From positions 1-40,867 of the forward strand of contig CAXHJY010001265.1 in assembly GCA_964016885.1 (NCBI GenBank): DNA of 40,867 nucleotides, read 5' to 3'. Positions 26,340-37,972 of this stretch are shown in pieces; the stretch's first letter is position 1, and every line of letters starts with the position of its first letter. Source of the DNA: Eledone cirrhosa. Lineage: Eukaryota. Both the position numbers and the translations under genes were made by a program. The notes under the pieces are model-generated. The model was not told the origin of the DNA, ran no database searches, and worked only from the letters and a program-made list of their open reading frames with translations.

Positions 26340-26725
26340 AGGCAAGCTGGTCCGCAAGTGATAGTCACTGAGATGCTTAAATTGTCTGGCAAAATAGGTC
26401 GCATGCTAGTCACTTTGCATAGTCATTCAGCTAGTTCATGGAGTCATCATTTATACCCAATGACTGCTGTAGCAGTAGCATCATCATCATTAACTGCTAC
26501 AAGAGAAAAAGAGATGCACTAGAGTGAAAGGCGACTACAAAGGTGTTAGATTAATGGACCAGGTCATGGAAATTGCGGAAATAATAAAAATGATAAACTG
26601 ATTAGGAACAGAATTAAAGCTAGATGAAACGTAGCTCAGCTTTGTGCCTGGGAAAATTTATCAATGAGGTCATCTTCTCTGAAGCGACAACCGCAATAGA
26701 AGTATTTTTTCTAGGAATAAGCCCA
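26340..26725 (+). pseudogene. Decayed RTE-clade LINE reverse transcriptase fragment
   Basis: Frameshifted translation gives EMLKLSG..IPNDCC..NCYKRKRDALE..GDYKGVRLMDQVMEIAE..LIRNRI.LDET*LSFVPGK..VIF, matching the RTE pattern KGD..NYRGIKLL..MK...QFGF.PG. Confidence 0.8.
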
Positions 26726-27035
26726 GAAGAAGAGGAAGATTTATGGAATATATAAGGCGAAATGAGGAAGACTAATTTGAAGAAACTGAGGCCTACGAAG
26801 GAGATGAGACTGAGAGAAGCTATACGTGGTGCTAAAGATCCGCTTACCTGTGATAGAATGGTGATAGGGATGATGGATTTTGGGAGTTATGATATATCTA
26901 CGTTTGTAAATAGACGCCAGCACGAGGAGTAATTTACCCAATTTTCTTATTACCTATTACAATCGATAGATATTACATTAATTTTCTGTTTGGGACTTTC
27001 ACATTTTCAATTTTACATTTGTGTTTCTCGCCCAG

Positions 27036-27615
27036 AATTGGCAGTATCGGTAGAGGGTCGGACATGTTTCCAGCATAGTTACGTCCCTTTACGATCTGAG
27101 TTCAAATCCGGCCGAGGTTAACTTTGCCTTTCATCCTTACGGGGTCGATAAAATAAAGTACCAGTAATACACTGGAATAATTGCTGGCCTTGTGCCAAAA
27201 GTAGAAATAATTATATTCCAATATTATAGGGTGGTGAATTGGCAGTGTCGGTAGAGGGTTGGACGCCATGCTTTCTAGCATAGTTACGTCCCTTTACGAT
27301 CTGAGTTCAAATCCCGCCGAGGTTAACTTTGCCTTTCATCCTTACGGGGTCGATAAAATAAAGTACTAGTAATGTACTGGGTAATTGCTGGCCTTGTGCC
27401 TAAAGTAGAAACAATTATATTCGAAGGGTGTTGATAAAGCATCGGACACCATGTCTCGTGACATAGTTACGTCCCTTTACGTTCTGAGTTCAAATCTCGC
27501 CGAGGTTATCTTTGCCTTTCATTCTTACGGGGTCGATAAAATAAAGCACCAGTAATACACTTGGGATCGACTACCCCCACCCCCATCGCCAACCTTCTGC
27601 CTAAATCAGAAACCA
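27036..27615 (+). mobile_element. Three tandem copies of the dominant tRNA-SINE
   Basis: Copies at ~27036, ~27229 and ~27425, each followed by attatattc. Confidence 0.9.
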
Positions 27616-27972
27616 TTATATTCCTGCTAAATCTCTAACAGTTGTCTTCTTCGTTAGTCTCCCATTTATCTACCTCACCCTACCTCTCTTCCCCTAGTCC
27701 TCCCTCTCTCTTTCTCTTACTCACTTCCTATCTTATTAATCACTTGCTCTTACTATTACTCATCCTTCAACTCTCCACATATACTCTCTCTCTCATCGTC
27801 ACACACAAAGGTAATGGCGCTCCAAGGAAAGATAACTTTTGATCATTTGATCGTGCTAAAATCTAAAGATGCCCTTCAAAGGCAGAGAATATATAATCTG
27901 TTGTTAAGTGGGATTTACTTGTTAAATTGCGATGGTTGAATAATGATATAAAAGTTGTCTTGTCGGCTTCAC

Positions 27973-28004
<32 letters not shown>

Positions 28005-28470
28005 ATTGATGCTCCAGGTTACTATTAATTGAACAGACCTATGATCAAAAACATTCCAGTATAGTGAGCTCCATATCTCCCCCTCCTCACCATCCCACCT
28101 TCCTACCATTCATATTGTGGTTCGGACCATATCTGATGTCTCCCTCCACATTTATTTTTACGATAGCAGGATGTGATTTCAGGAATTTTGGCTACTATTT
28201 CTAGCCGGCCGAGTAACCACGTAAGGGTTCCTTTTTGTGTTGTAATAGTTATGAGAGGAAATTATTCGTTTTAATCATAGAATTGGATATAACCTGATGT
28301 ATTTATTATGATTAAATCTAATTTATTATTCAATTAATTCGTATTAGGGTCAATGTAATCGACTGTTCCCTTCCCACGAATGTTGAGGCCTTTTTGCTTC
28401 TGGAAGAAATTACTATACAGCTAATCACAACCACCAACACTAAAAGAATATATATATATATATATATATA

Positions 28471-28600
28471 TAAGTAGAAGGGGTATTTAATTTGTTGGAA
28501 GTCCGACAAATATAAATATTTATAAAACCATATTTATTTTATTATATATATTTCAAGGGTACCAAGACACCTTTGGTACGCTTTCATCAGATAAAATACA
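28471..28600 (-). mobile_element. Family B element fragment between (TA)n tracts
   Basis: 28471-28568 is the reverse complement of ~29257-29353. Confidence 0.8.
28535..28598 (-). ncRNA. Minimal hammerhead ribozyme motif (family B)
   Basis: UAUUUUAU-CUGAUGA-AAGCGUACCAA-AGGUGUC-UUGGUACCCUU-GAA-AUAUAUAU-A-AUAAAAUA. Confidence 0.85.
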
Positions 28601-28601
28601 A

Positions 28602-28632
<31 letters not shown>

Positions 28633-28649
28633 TTTAACAATATAATATA

Positions 28650-28729
28650 ACCATACTCTACTACCCCAAGTATCGAGTACTCTTGTTGAGTAATGGTCTA
28701 ACCAGTTTCAAACCGAATCCATCCTGATT
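28650..28729 (+). mobile_element. Family D terminus followed by (TA)n
   Basis: Reverse complement of 4752-4828. Confidence 0.7.
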
Positions 28730-28855
28730 TATATATATATATATATATATAATATATATATTAAGTTGTTAAACAATATTCTATGATTATGTCAAAGAAT
28801 GAGTTTTACAGTAGATTGGAAGCACTCAACGAAAAATAATTTTCAGGAGTTATTA

Positions 28856-29011
28856 ATATTAAAATATAAGTATTAATAAAATAGATGTTCTTTTGATCAA
28901 TTACATTTTATTATCCATATTTCGGACGTACTGTTGTACATCCGAAATATGTATAATAAAATGTAATTGATCAAAAGAACATCTATTTTATTAATACTTA
29001 TATTTTAATAT
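28856..29011. mobile_element. Family C fold-back (76-bp arms) hinged on the hammerhead stem II loop
   Basis: ...tttcggacgtac-tgtt-gtacatccgaaa...; the arms match 21991-22050. Confidence 0.9.
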
Positions 29012-29042
29012 ATATATATATAAAAACAATGATATTAAATAA

Positions 29043-29349
29043 ATGGGAACTATATCTATAAAACCATATTTATTTTATTATATATATTTCAAGGGTACCA
29101 AGACAACATTGGTACGCTTTCTTCAGATAAAATACAAAGTTTGTTTTATATTTATAAAACAAACTTTGGTACGCTTTCTTCAGATAAAATACAAAGTTTG
29201 TTTTATATTTATAAAACAAACTTTGGTACGCTTTCATCAGATAAAATACAATGTTGTCTTGGTACCTTTGAAATATATACAATAAAATAAATATGGTTTT
29301 ATAAATATTTATATTTGTCGGACTTCCAACAAATTAAATACCCCTTCTA

Positions 29350-29353
<4 letters not shown>
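29043..29353. mobile_element. Family B element with 57-bp tandem reiterations and an inversion
   Basis: Units start at 29109, 29166 and 29223; the sequence is inverted from 29249. Confidence 0.85.
29071..29134 (-). ncRNA. Minimal hammerhead ribozyme motif (family B, CUGAAGA)
   Basis: UAUUUUAU-CUGAAGA-AAGCGUACCAA..UUGGUACCCUU-GAA-AUAUAUAU-A-AUAAAAUA. Confidence 0.82.
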
Positions 29354-29393
<40 letters not shown>

Positions 29394-29580
29394 TTCCTCT
29401 ACACGCTACAGTCTTATACGCGCCACGCATCTCAACGTACACCCACTTACATCTCTCTCTCTCTCCACCACCGGATCTTGTTACCCGGAGATTTACCCAT
29501 CTGCATTGTTGAGGCTTCCAAATGACTTAAAGAAATTTACCTTATTATTCCACAATGCTTCAAGCAAACTTCAATACTCT

Positions 29581-29651
<71 letters not shown>

Positions 29652-29964
29652 TTCAATGCCAATTTCTTTTTTCCGTCTTTTAAGGGTCTTCATCCTATTC
29701 TATAGAATCTCCGTGCATGAGCACACCAATTATATATATTTATATTTATATTTATTTATTTATTTATTTATTTCTGAAACTTTAATTTCTTCTCAGCTGC
29801 CTACATAATAACGTGGCGGTTAATTTAATTTGATTAATTAACGTTGTAACTAAAAATTAGAATTAATTACTTCCATGTGTCAGAGGTTTCTCTTATGTAA
29901 AGCATAATTTATCCAAACACAAGTTTCCTAGATTGAATGATTGGTCGTATGTCCGATTATCCTG

Positions 29965-30281
29965 GAATATGCATGGTATGGTGCCGTAACTCTCGATGGA
30001 GTAATGGGTGGCGCTGTATTGACATACGCTGTTTCCTGGACATTTTAAAGCCTGGCGCACCCCATCTTCTCTGGGTTTTATTTTTCCAGAGAAGGGTAGA
30101 AAGTGTCGGAGAGGAAACGAGAAAGATATATAGAGGAAGAAACGAACCCAGCACTTGACTGGGGCTTTTTTTTTTTTTTTTTTGCTTTGAAAGGGCGGGA
30201 TTTGAACTCGGTGAGCAGAGAGCTGGAACGAATACAGCAAAACACTATCCGACATTCCAACGACCCCGCCAATTCGCCGCC
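29965..30281 (-). mobile_element. SINE with the (ACCAT)n-type tail
   Basis: Head ggcggcgaattggc..gagttcaaatcccgcc; tail homologous to 17455-17630. Confidence 0.75.
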
Positions 30282-31125
30282 ATTGTGTGTGTGTGATACT
30301 ATTCCTGGACTCCAAATATTGGCGGCATGAATTCAAATCTTACCGAAGTCAACTTTGCCTTTCATCTTTCCAGTTAAGTACTGCGACCTCCACTTCACCC
30401 AAATTACTGGCCTCCCATAAATGTTAGAAAGAAAGAAAGAAGGAATTATTGATGACACGAGACCACTAGTATGTTATAAATCAGTTACTTCGTCAGACAG
30501 TTCACATTGGCGATACACTTTTTAAAAATATCATTTTTCGTGACGTATTTTCTCTTTTCTTTTAGTGACACGAAATTGACGAAATTAATAATTAAATATT
30601 TAAATATATTGCAAGTCGTGCAGATTTGTCTACTTTCAAATATAGTTCGGTGTTTGTAAAATACAAAAACAAACACACATCACATTTAACTTAATTTAGC
30701 TACACAACTCGAAATTATCGGCGACACAGTTTAGAAGCCTCTAGATCTATATATTCTCCTGCTTGTTAAAGCATATCCAAAACAACAAAGGAACATTAAC
30801 ACAACTAACGGGTTGTGCTTGTTATTGTGGCAGATGTCACAAGAGTGCAGTATATATTTAAATTCATAGCGAGAACATTTCGAAATGAGAATAACGTTTT
30901 TTTTTTTCGAAATGACCACACACAGCTTCAGTTTTGTGGTCTTGTCCGCGGGGCGCAGCCCCAACACCGCCTCGCGTTAAACCTATAGCCCATTACCCTC
31001 TCCCTTTCCTTTCCCATTATTCTGTGTTCTTAGAATCATTGTCTTTCCCTTTTCCGTTTTTAAATACCTGTAGTGTTGTTATTTGAAATAGATTTGCTTG
31101 ATTTAAAAAAACAACTTTTTTAATA

Positions 31126-31258
31126 CAGTGAAATTCCGTTATAACGAAATTTACGGGGTATAAAATATTCTCTATAACGAGATCGAGCGTTTGTTTATCA
31201 ACTCGGGGATTGAAAAACATTGTTATACTGAAAAATTCGTTATAACGGAATTTTACCT
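31126..31258. mobile_element. pogo/Tigger-like MITE
   Basis: ta-cagtgaaattccgttataacgaa ... ttcgttataacggaattttac. Confidence 0.8.
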
Positions 31259-31504
31259 ATATAACATACATAAAATGAAAAACAAAATCCTTAACTTTTA
31301 TGCGGCACTCTTCACCATTTCCTCTACTATGAAGACTCCCATAGTCTCTGTTTAACATTTCATAACAATGCTTTGTTGCATCAGTCAAAACCACATTTCG
31401 ACTGTTTAGTTATTCCTCACATATAATTTGTTCAATAAAACATACGTTTCAGTTTGAAATCGTTAATCTCACTTTGAAGTGACATACACTCACTTAGAAT
31501 GACA

Positions 31505-31668
31505 AATACTTTAGTTAATTAGTTCTCAACGACTGGAATTTGGCCTGATTGTTGTTACTGTTTAGTCCTACAAGTCAGACTGGTTGAATACTTTAGTTAA
31601 TTAGTTCTCAACGACTGGAATTTGGCCTGATTGTTGTTATTGTTTAGTCCTACAGGTCAGACTGGTTG
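31505..31668. repeat. 82-bp tandem duplication
   Basis: 31505-31586 versus 31587-31668: 2 mismatches. Confidence 0.95.
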
Positions 31669-31777
31669 AGCAGAAGTTAAGATCTTAGAGGTATTCTAGT
31701 CGTGTCTATTCCACCCTGTTGGCCGTTGTGTTCTACGTTATTATTACGTTATTATTCCTTCCCCCTGGATTATTCCT

Positions 31778-31955
31778 GGATTGGCAGTATCAGTAGAGAG
31801 TCGGACGCCATGCTTTCCAGCATAGTTACGTCCCTTTACGATCTGAGTTCAAATCCCGCCGAGGTTGACTTTGCCTTTCATCCTTATGGGGTCGATAAAA
31901 TAAAGTACCAGTAATGCACTGGGTAATTGCTGGCCTTGTGCCTAAAGTAGAAACA
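31778..31955 (+). mobile_element. Dominant tRNA-SINE copy with a 15-bp TSD
   Basis: gttattattccttcc at 31748-31762 and 31956-31970. Confidence 0.92.
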
Positions 31956-32006
31956 GTTATTATTCCTTCCTCCTCTTTTAAGACAGTATCACCTGTAATA
32001 ATACGT

Positions 32007-32076
<70 letters not shown>

Positions 32077-32501
32077 ACTTTAAAGTTCGCACACGCACAT
32101 GTACACCTACACCTTATTTCAGTCACATTGTTACAATGAGATTCGCTTTCCATCTCGGTTCTTGTCCTACATTTGTTCCTTCGCTTTCCAATCACAATGC
32201 CTTCGGTTCTAGTCCTACATCTGACCCTCCAAATAGTAATTTCTACTAAGTTACTTATACATACATGTCATTTGTACATACACGCTGAACATTTATGTAA
32301 TTATATCCTAGAAACAAATTATAAATATTTTTATCTTTAATCACGTTTTAATCACGCCTACGTGTCAGCAGTAATCAACAGAAACTATAGTGTTTCTCTT
32401 AAGCAAACCATTGATTTATCAGAATGCAAATTTCCCAGACCAATCCTGGACTCCAAAAGTTTGGAACATTCAACGCTATTTGTCTTCATTATTGACAGCA
32501 C

Positions 32502-32547
32502 TGTAATGCACTGGGTAATTGCTGGCCTTGTGCCTAAAGTAGAAACA
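32502..32547 (+). mobile_element. Severely 5'-truncated SINE (tail only) with a 14-bp TSD
   Basis: attattgacagcac at 32488-32501 and 32548-32561. Confidence 0.9.
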
Positions 32548-32619
32548 ATTATTGACAGCACGCGTCTTTCAGTTGTAATCAAGGTCAACAATTTTGGGTG
32601 GTTGGAGGGTTGATTAAAT

Positions 32620-33296
32620 CGAATCCAGTGCATTACTGGTACTTTATTTTATCGACCCCGTACGTATGAAAAGCAAGGCTAATGTTAAATTTTCTTTTAC
32701 TTTTTGGTATTTAAAATACGTTCATCTTATGGTTAACTTAAAATAAGAGATAGACACAAACATTAATAAAAAATTTAACATTTGTTGGAAATTGTTTGTT
32801 CTTTCAAAAAGCCGCACAGAATGGCATCGGAGGCCGCAGATCCCCCATCTTTGTTCTAACCAGTCAGTCAATACACCAACACACTGATTTAGGCTCAAGG
32901 CCAATAATTTGGGTACTTTATTTTATCGACTCCGTAAGGATGAAAGGCAAAGCTAACCTCGGCGGGATTTGAACTCAGAACGTACAGGGCCGTAACTATA
33001 TGTTGCGGATGGTATTAAGGCTGTGAATTGGCAGTTGTTAGAGCTTGGTGGTCCGACCCTCTACCGATACCGATCATCCACTGCCCTTTATCAGTAGATT
33101 ATAGATAATTGTTTCTAATTTAGGCACAAGGCCAGCAAATACCCAGTGCATTACTGGTACTTTATTTTATCGACCTCGTAAGGATGAAAGGCAAAGTCAA
33201 CCTCGGCGGGATTTGAACTCAGATCGTAAAGGGACTTAACTATGCTGGAAAGCATGGCGTCCGACCCTCTACCGATACTGCCAATCCACCTGCCAA
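32620..33296 (-). mobile_element. Cluster of three minus-strand SINE copies
   Basis: Copies at ~32620-32680, ~32890-33087 and 33110-33296; the last has TSD tagattatagataat (33095-33109 / 33297-33311). Confidence 0.88.
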
Positions 33297-33835
33297 TAGA
33301 TTATAGATAATGATTAATAATTTGTATTGTGTAAATATTTCTCTCAGGTTGAGCCGTGTTTCTTGGTTTGTGTCAGTCTTTGCGCTTACGTAACTAACAA
33401 CACACTTTGTGTATGCCACCGCAAGCAACAACGTTTTGTTTCTTTGTTTATTTATTCAGAACTATTTATTCTGAACGCAGAAGATCATATTGTTTATTGC
33501 GCAATATTTTATGATGAGTAATGCTAACATGACCGAACACTGGTCAGTTTTTCTTTCAGTTAAGGATTTTTGGTGCGCGTGTGCGCGCGCACTTAACAAG
33601 TGGTACAATGTGCTTTTGAGCAAAATACTTTAATTTCATATTGTTGAAAATGAGTATCATCGTCAGCAGTAGCTTTAACCCAAGCCTTTTTTTAAAGGAT
33701 CACGAAGGGTGACAACTCTATCGTTGACGTTATATCCTCTCGTGTCCTTGGCAAAACGCCACATGTTGCAAATGTCCTTTATCCTAAATCTCTTAAAAGA
33801 ATCTCTATCATTTTTTTTTTGCTCAACATTATTTA

Positions 33836-35080
33836 TTCTCTCTCTCACCCCCTATCTCTTCCTTTCTCTCTCTCCCCTCCCTATCTCTTCCCTCCCTATC
33901 TCTTCCCTCCCTATCTCTTCCTTTCTCGCTCTCCCCTCCCTATCTCTTCCCTCCCTATCTCTTCCTTTCTCGCTCTCCCCTCCCTATATCTTCCTTTCTC
34001 GCTCTCCCCTCCCTATCTCTTCCTTTCTCGCTCTCCCCTCCCTATCTCTTCCTTTCTCGCTCTCCCCTCCATCTCTCTTCTTTTCTCTCCACCTCCATCT
34101 CTCTTCTTTTCTCTCCACCTCCATCTCTCTTCTTTTCTCTCTCTTTCTCTTCCTTTCTCTCTCTTTCTCTTCCTTTCTCTCTCTCTCTCTGTCTCCCTTT
34201 CTCTTCCTATCTGTCTCCCTTTCTCTTCCTTTCTCTCTGTTTCCCTTTCTCTCTGTCTCCCTATCTCTTCCTTTCTCTCTCTCCCCATCTCTCTCCACTC
34301 TCTCTTCCTTTCTCTCTCTCCCCATCTCTCTCCCCTCTCTCTTCCTCTCCCCATCTCTCTTCCTCTCCCCATCTCTCTTCCCTCTCTTCCTCTCCTCATC
34401 TCTCTTCCCTCTCTCTTCCTTTCCCATCTCTCTCTCTCTTCCTTTCCCATCTCTCTCTCTCCCCCTATCTCTTCCTTTCTCTACCTTTCTCTCCCCCTCT
34501 CCTCCCCATCTCTCTTCCTCTCTCTTTCTCCCCATCTCTCTTCCTCTCTCTCTTCCTCTCTCTTTCTCCCCCTCTCTCTTCCTTTCTCCCCCCTCTCTCT
34601 TCCCTTCTCCCCCCTCTCTCTTCCCTTCTCCCCCTTCTCTCTTCCTTTCTCCCCCTCCCCTCTTCCTTTCTCTCTCTCTCTTCCTCCCCCCTCTCTCTTC
34701 CCCACACACACTCTCTCCCCCCCCTCTCTCTCTTCTCTCTCTCTCTCTTCCCCATCTCTTCCTTTCTCTCTCGCTCTCCCCCATCTCTTCCTTCCCCCCA
34801 TCTCTTCCTTTCTCTCTCTCTCCCCCCACTCTTCCTTTCTCCCACCCCCCTCTTCCTTCCCCCCACCTCTTCCTTTCCCCCACCTCTTCCTTTCTCTCCC
34901 TTTCTCCCCCCCCCATCTCTTCCTTTCTCCCCCCCCCATCTCTTCCTTTCTCCCCCCCATCTCTTCCCCTCTCTCTCTCTCTCCCCCCCATCTCTTCCTT
35001 TCTCTCTCTCTCTCCCCCATCTCTTCCTTTCTCTCTCTCCCTCCCTCCCCTTATCTATTCCTTTCTACCCCCCCCCCCCT
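33836..35080. repeat. 1.25-kb homopyrimidine/homopurine minisatellite
   Basis: Variants of ctctcccctccctatctcttcctttctcg; almost only C/T on the + strand. Confidence 0.97.
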
Positions 35081-35407
35081 CGAGGTTTTTTGAAGCCTGC
35101 TGTATATTTTATCAATCTCTTCTCGATTCACTAAGGTCGGGAGATTGTGAACGAGGGCATTGGAGGTCTCTGACACGACAGCACGACAAGGAAGCGGTTG
35201 GTCAAGTCCCGGTATTTAGATATCTGTTGTTACTTATTTTAAGGCTCACGCGACAATTTTAGGGGACTGAATGGGGTGCAACTTTATATGAAAGTAAACA
35301 TAGTTGATATTTAGTTGGGGTCAGTAGACATGGGTGGTGATGGTATGTGATTGTGTACGAACTAAAAACATTGTTTTGTTTGTGTGTATGTACGTGTGTA
35401 AACACAG

Positions 35408-36124
35408 AACAAACAAAACGGAGTCATTATACATAGTTAGGTCCACGATATATATATCAAATGTATATATTGAGTTAGAAACTCAATAGTCTCTTACAAT
35501 AAAATAGCTCTGGGAAAGAGATTTTTCCGAGCTGTATTTTATAATTGAATATAAAAGAAAAAGAACACAGATATATACATATGTGTTCAAATAGTAAGGG
35601 ACCAGATTCGCTCAGGTTAAAAGAATACTAACTATAGACAATAGGGTTTGCCAGCCTCAATTTAAGAATAAATCAAGAAAATAAATACAAACCGGAATTG
35701 TGGTAACTACCAATCACCCAGACAGCTTTGGTAATGCTGTTTCGCAAAATTAATTGTGAAGAGGAATACCAATTCTTGCTCATCAGTGGGTGAAGAATTA
35801 GTATCCTGGACACTTCTAAGTATATTAAAAAACTGAATAGTGTGCGTATATATAATAACGCACATGGTATCGGAACATAGCGTGTCCCACAAACTCACAC
35901 CACTAAAAATTGCAGCCAGGTTTACTCGACATTTGAATTAGCTCAACAAATTAACGGAGCCGATTATATCAAAGGTAAATATTGAGTTAGAAACTCAAAA
36001 TAGTCTCTTACAATAAAATAGCTCTAGGAAAGAGATTTTTCCGAGCCGTATATTATAATTGAACACATATGCATATATCTGTGTTCGTTTTTCTTTATAT
36101 TCAAATAGTAAGGGACCAGATTCG
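35408..36124 (-). mobile_element. Retrozyme-like / non-autonomous PLE-like 1.3-mer
   Basis: Direct repeats 35467-35610 and 35979-36124 (period ~512) enclose a canonical hammerhead; no coding signal; ends at (TA)/(GT)n. Confidence 0.65.
35708..35803 (-). ncRNA. Canonical full-stem type I hammerhead ribozyme
   Basis: UACUAA-UUCU-UCACCCA-CUGAUGA-GCAAGAAUUG...CAAUUAAUUUUGC-GAA-ACAGC-AUUACCAAA-GCUGU-C-UGGGUGA-UUGGUA. All core nucleotides, GUC triplet and three stems are present. Confidence 0.92.
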
Positions 36125-36135
36125 ATATATATATT

Positions 36136-36187
<52 letters not shown>

Positions 36188-36439
36188 TGTGTGTATGCAC
36201 GTATATTCTCCATATTCCACCATACCAACCACTTTCCATTTCCACTAAAATCTACAGTCTATTCTATCTACAAAAATGTCTGTCTGTCTGTTTTTCTCTA
36301 TCAAACAGCCTCATAGTTTCACCCTTTCTTCCTCTCCACACTGGCAGTTCTTTTCCACATACAGCTGCTTCTATTTCGTTTTAAACATACATACATGCCC
36401 CCTTTCTCTACAATTTCTTTATATTCATATATAGAAATG

Positions 36440-36497
<58 letters not shown>

Positions 36498-36992
36498 CAC
36501 ATACATACATACATGTATAACTAACCATCTATTGTACCTATACGCACAATTATATTAATGAAACTTCCAGAGTAAAACAAAATTCACGAGTATGCCCCCC
36601 CCCCATACTGTTATATGTGGGGAGGGTCATGTTATAATATTGCCAGAAAAATAGTGTGTATATATGTATATATATATACATACATATATACACACTATAT
36701 ATATATATATGTGTATATGTATATATGTGTGTGTGTGTGTGTGTATATATATATGTGTGTGTATTTATATATGTGTATGTATGTGTGTACATATATATAT
36801 ATATATATATATGTGTGTGTATATATCTGTGTTGTGTGTGTGTGTATATATATATATACTTAATACATTAACAGAGAAAGCTATTAGCGATACTCCGACC
36901 AACTTCCATCTCACTCAACAAACATTAGGAAATACCTAAGTATATTCCCAATTATACGTATGGGGTGCTAACTATATTGTATTATGTGGAAG

Positions 36993-37179
36993 GGCCGGTG
37001 GATTGGCAGTATCGGTAGAGGGTCGGACTCCATGCTTTGACGCATAGTTACGGCCCTTGCCATTCTGAGTTCAAATCCCGCCGAGGTTAACTTTGCTTTT
37101 CATCCTTACGGGGTCGATAAAATAAAGTACCAGTAATGTACTGGTATAATTTGCTGGCCTTGTGCCTAAAGTAGAAACA
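36993..37179 (+). mobile_element. Dominant tRNA-SINE copy
   Basis: Nearly identical to 9286-9471; imperfect TSD att(a/g)tgtggaa. Confidence 0.92.
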
Positions 37180-37214
37180 ATTGTGTGGAAAGTCGGCTGT
37201 ATTATTTTATGAGA

Positions 37215-37252
<38 letters not shown>

Positions 37253-37498
37253 GCGTGTGCGTGCGTCAAGAAATTATTCCCAGATCTATAAATAATGAAT
37301 AATATAGCTGACAATAGAAATGATGAAAGACGCTCTCCTGTTTAAGTAATCTAAACATCAACCATGAGTTGAACTAACCGAGATAGTTTTTTATTGTCCA
37401 ACCACCTCCCCTAGTAGTAGTAGGACAATAACTGTGCCGTCTGTGTGTCAGGTCACAGGATAGTCTCTGTACCGGAGAAAGAATTTTTGACAGGATGC

Positions 37499-37647
37499 CA
37501 CACACACACACACGCTCACAAGTTAAACACACACACACGCTCACAAGTTAAACACACACACACACACGCTCACAAGTTAAACACACACACACACACGCTC
37601 ACAAGTTAAACACACACACACACACGCTCACAAGTTAAACACACACA
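37499..37647. repeat. Minisatellite (CA)n-cgctcacaagttaaa, 5 copies
   Basis: Direct reading. Confidence 0.95.
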
Positions 37648-37760
37648 TTATTAACTTATAAATATGTCTTACAGTTAGTTAACTGTATAATAACAGAAAC
37701 TGATCTACATTCTAGTTCTGGTATAGAGTTCTCCTTTTACGTGTGATGTGTGTGTGTGTG

Positions 37761-37897
37761 ATTGTTTCTACTTTTGGCACACGGCCACCAATTAGCCTAG
37801 AGCATTACTGGTACTTTATTTTATCGGCCCCGTAAGGATGAAAGGCAAAGTTAACTTCGGCGGGAATTGAACTCAGAACGTAAATGGCCATAACTCT

Positions 37898-37972
<75 letters not shown>

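Noticed and set aside
30470-30505. CUGACGA on minus (also at ~33660 and ~39390)
   Set aside because: No matching stem II/GAAA/stem I arrangement.
33709-35262. 517-aa S/L/P/F ORF and antisense R/E/G ORFs
   Set aside because: Product of a pyrimidine-only minisatellite that cannot encode stops.
35478-35497. Plus-strand GAA-ACU-CAAU-AGU-C resembling a hammerhead 3' half in the direct repeats
   Set aside because: No CUGANGA partner on that strand.
36619-36633. gggagggtcatgtt match to the family A terminus
   Set aside because: Only 14 bp, and the flanks do not align.
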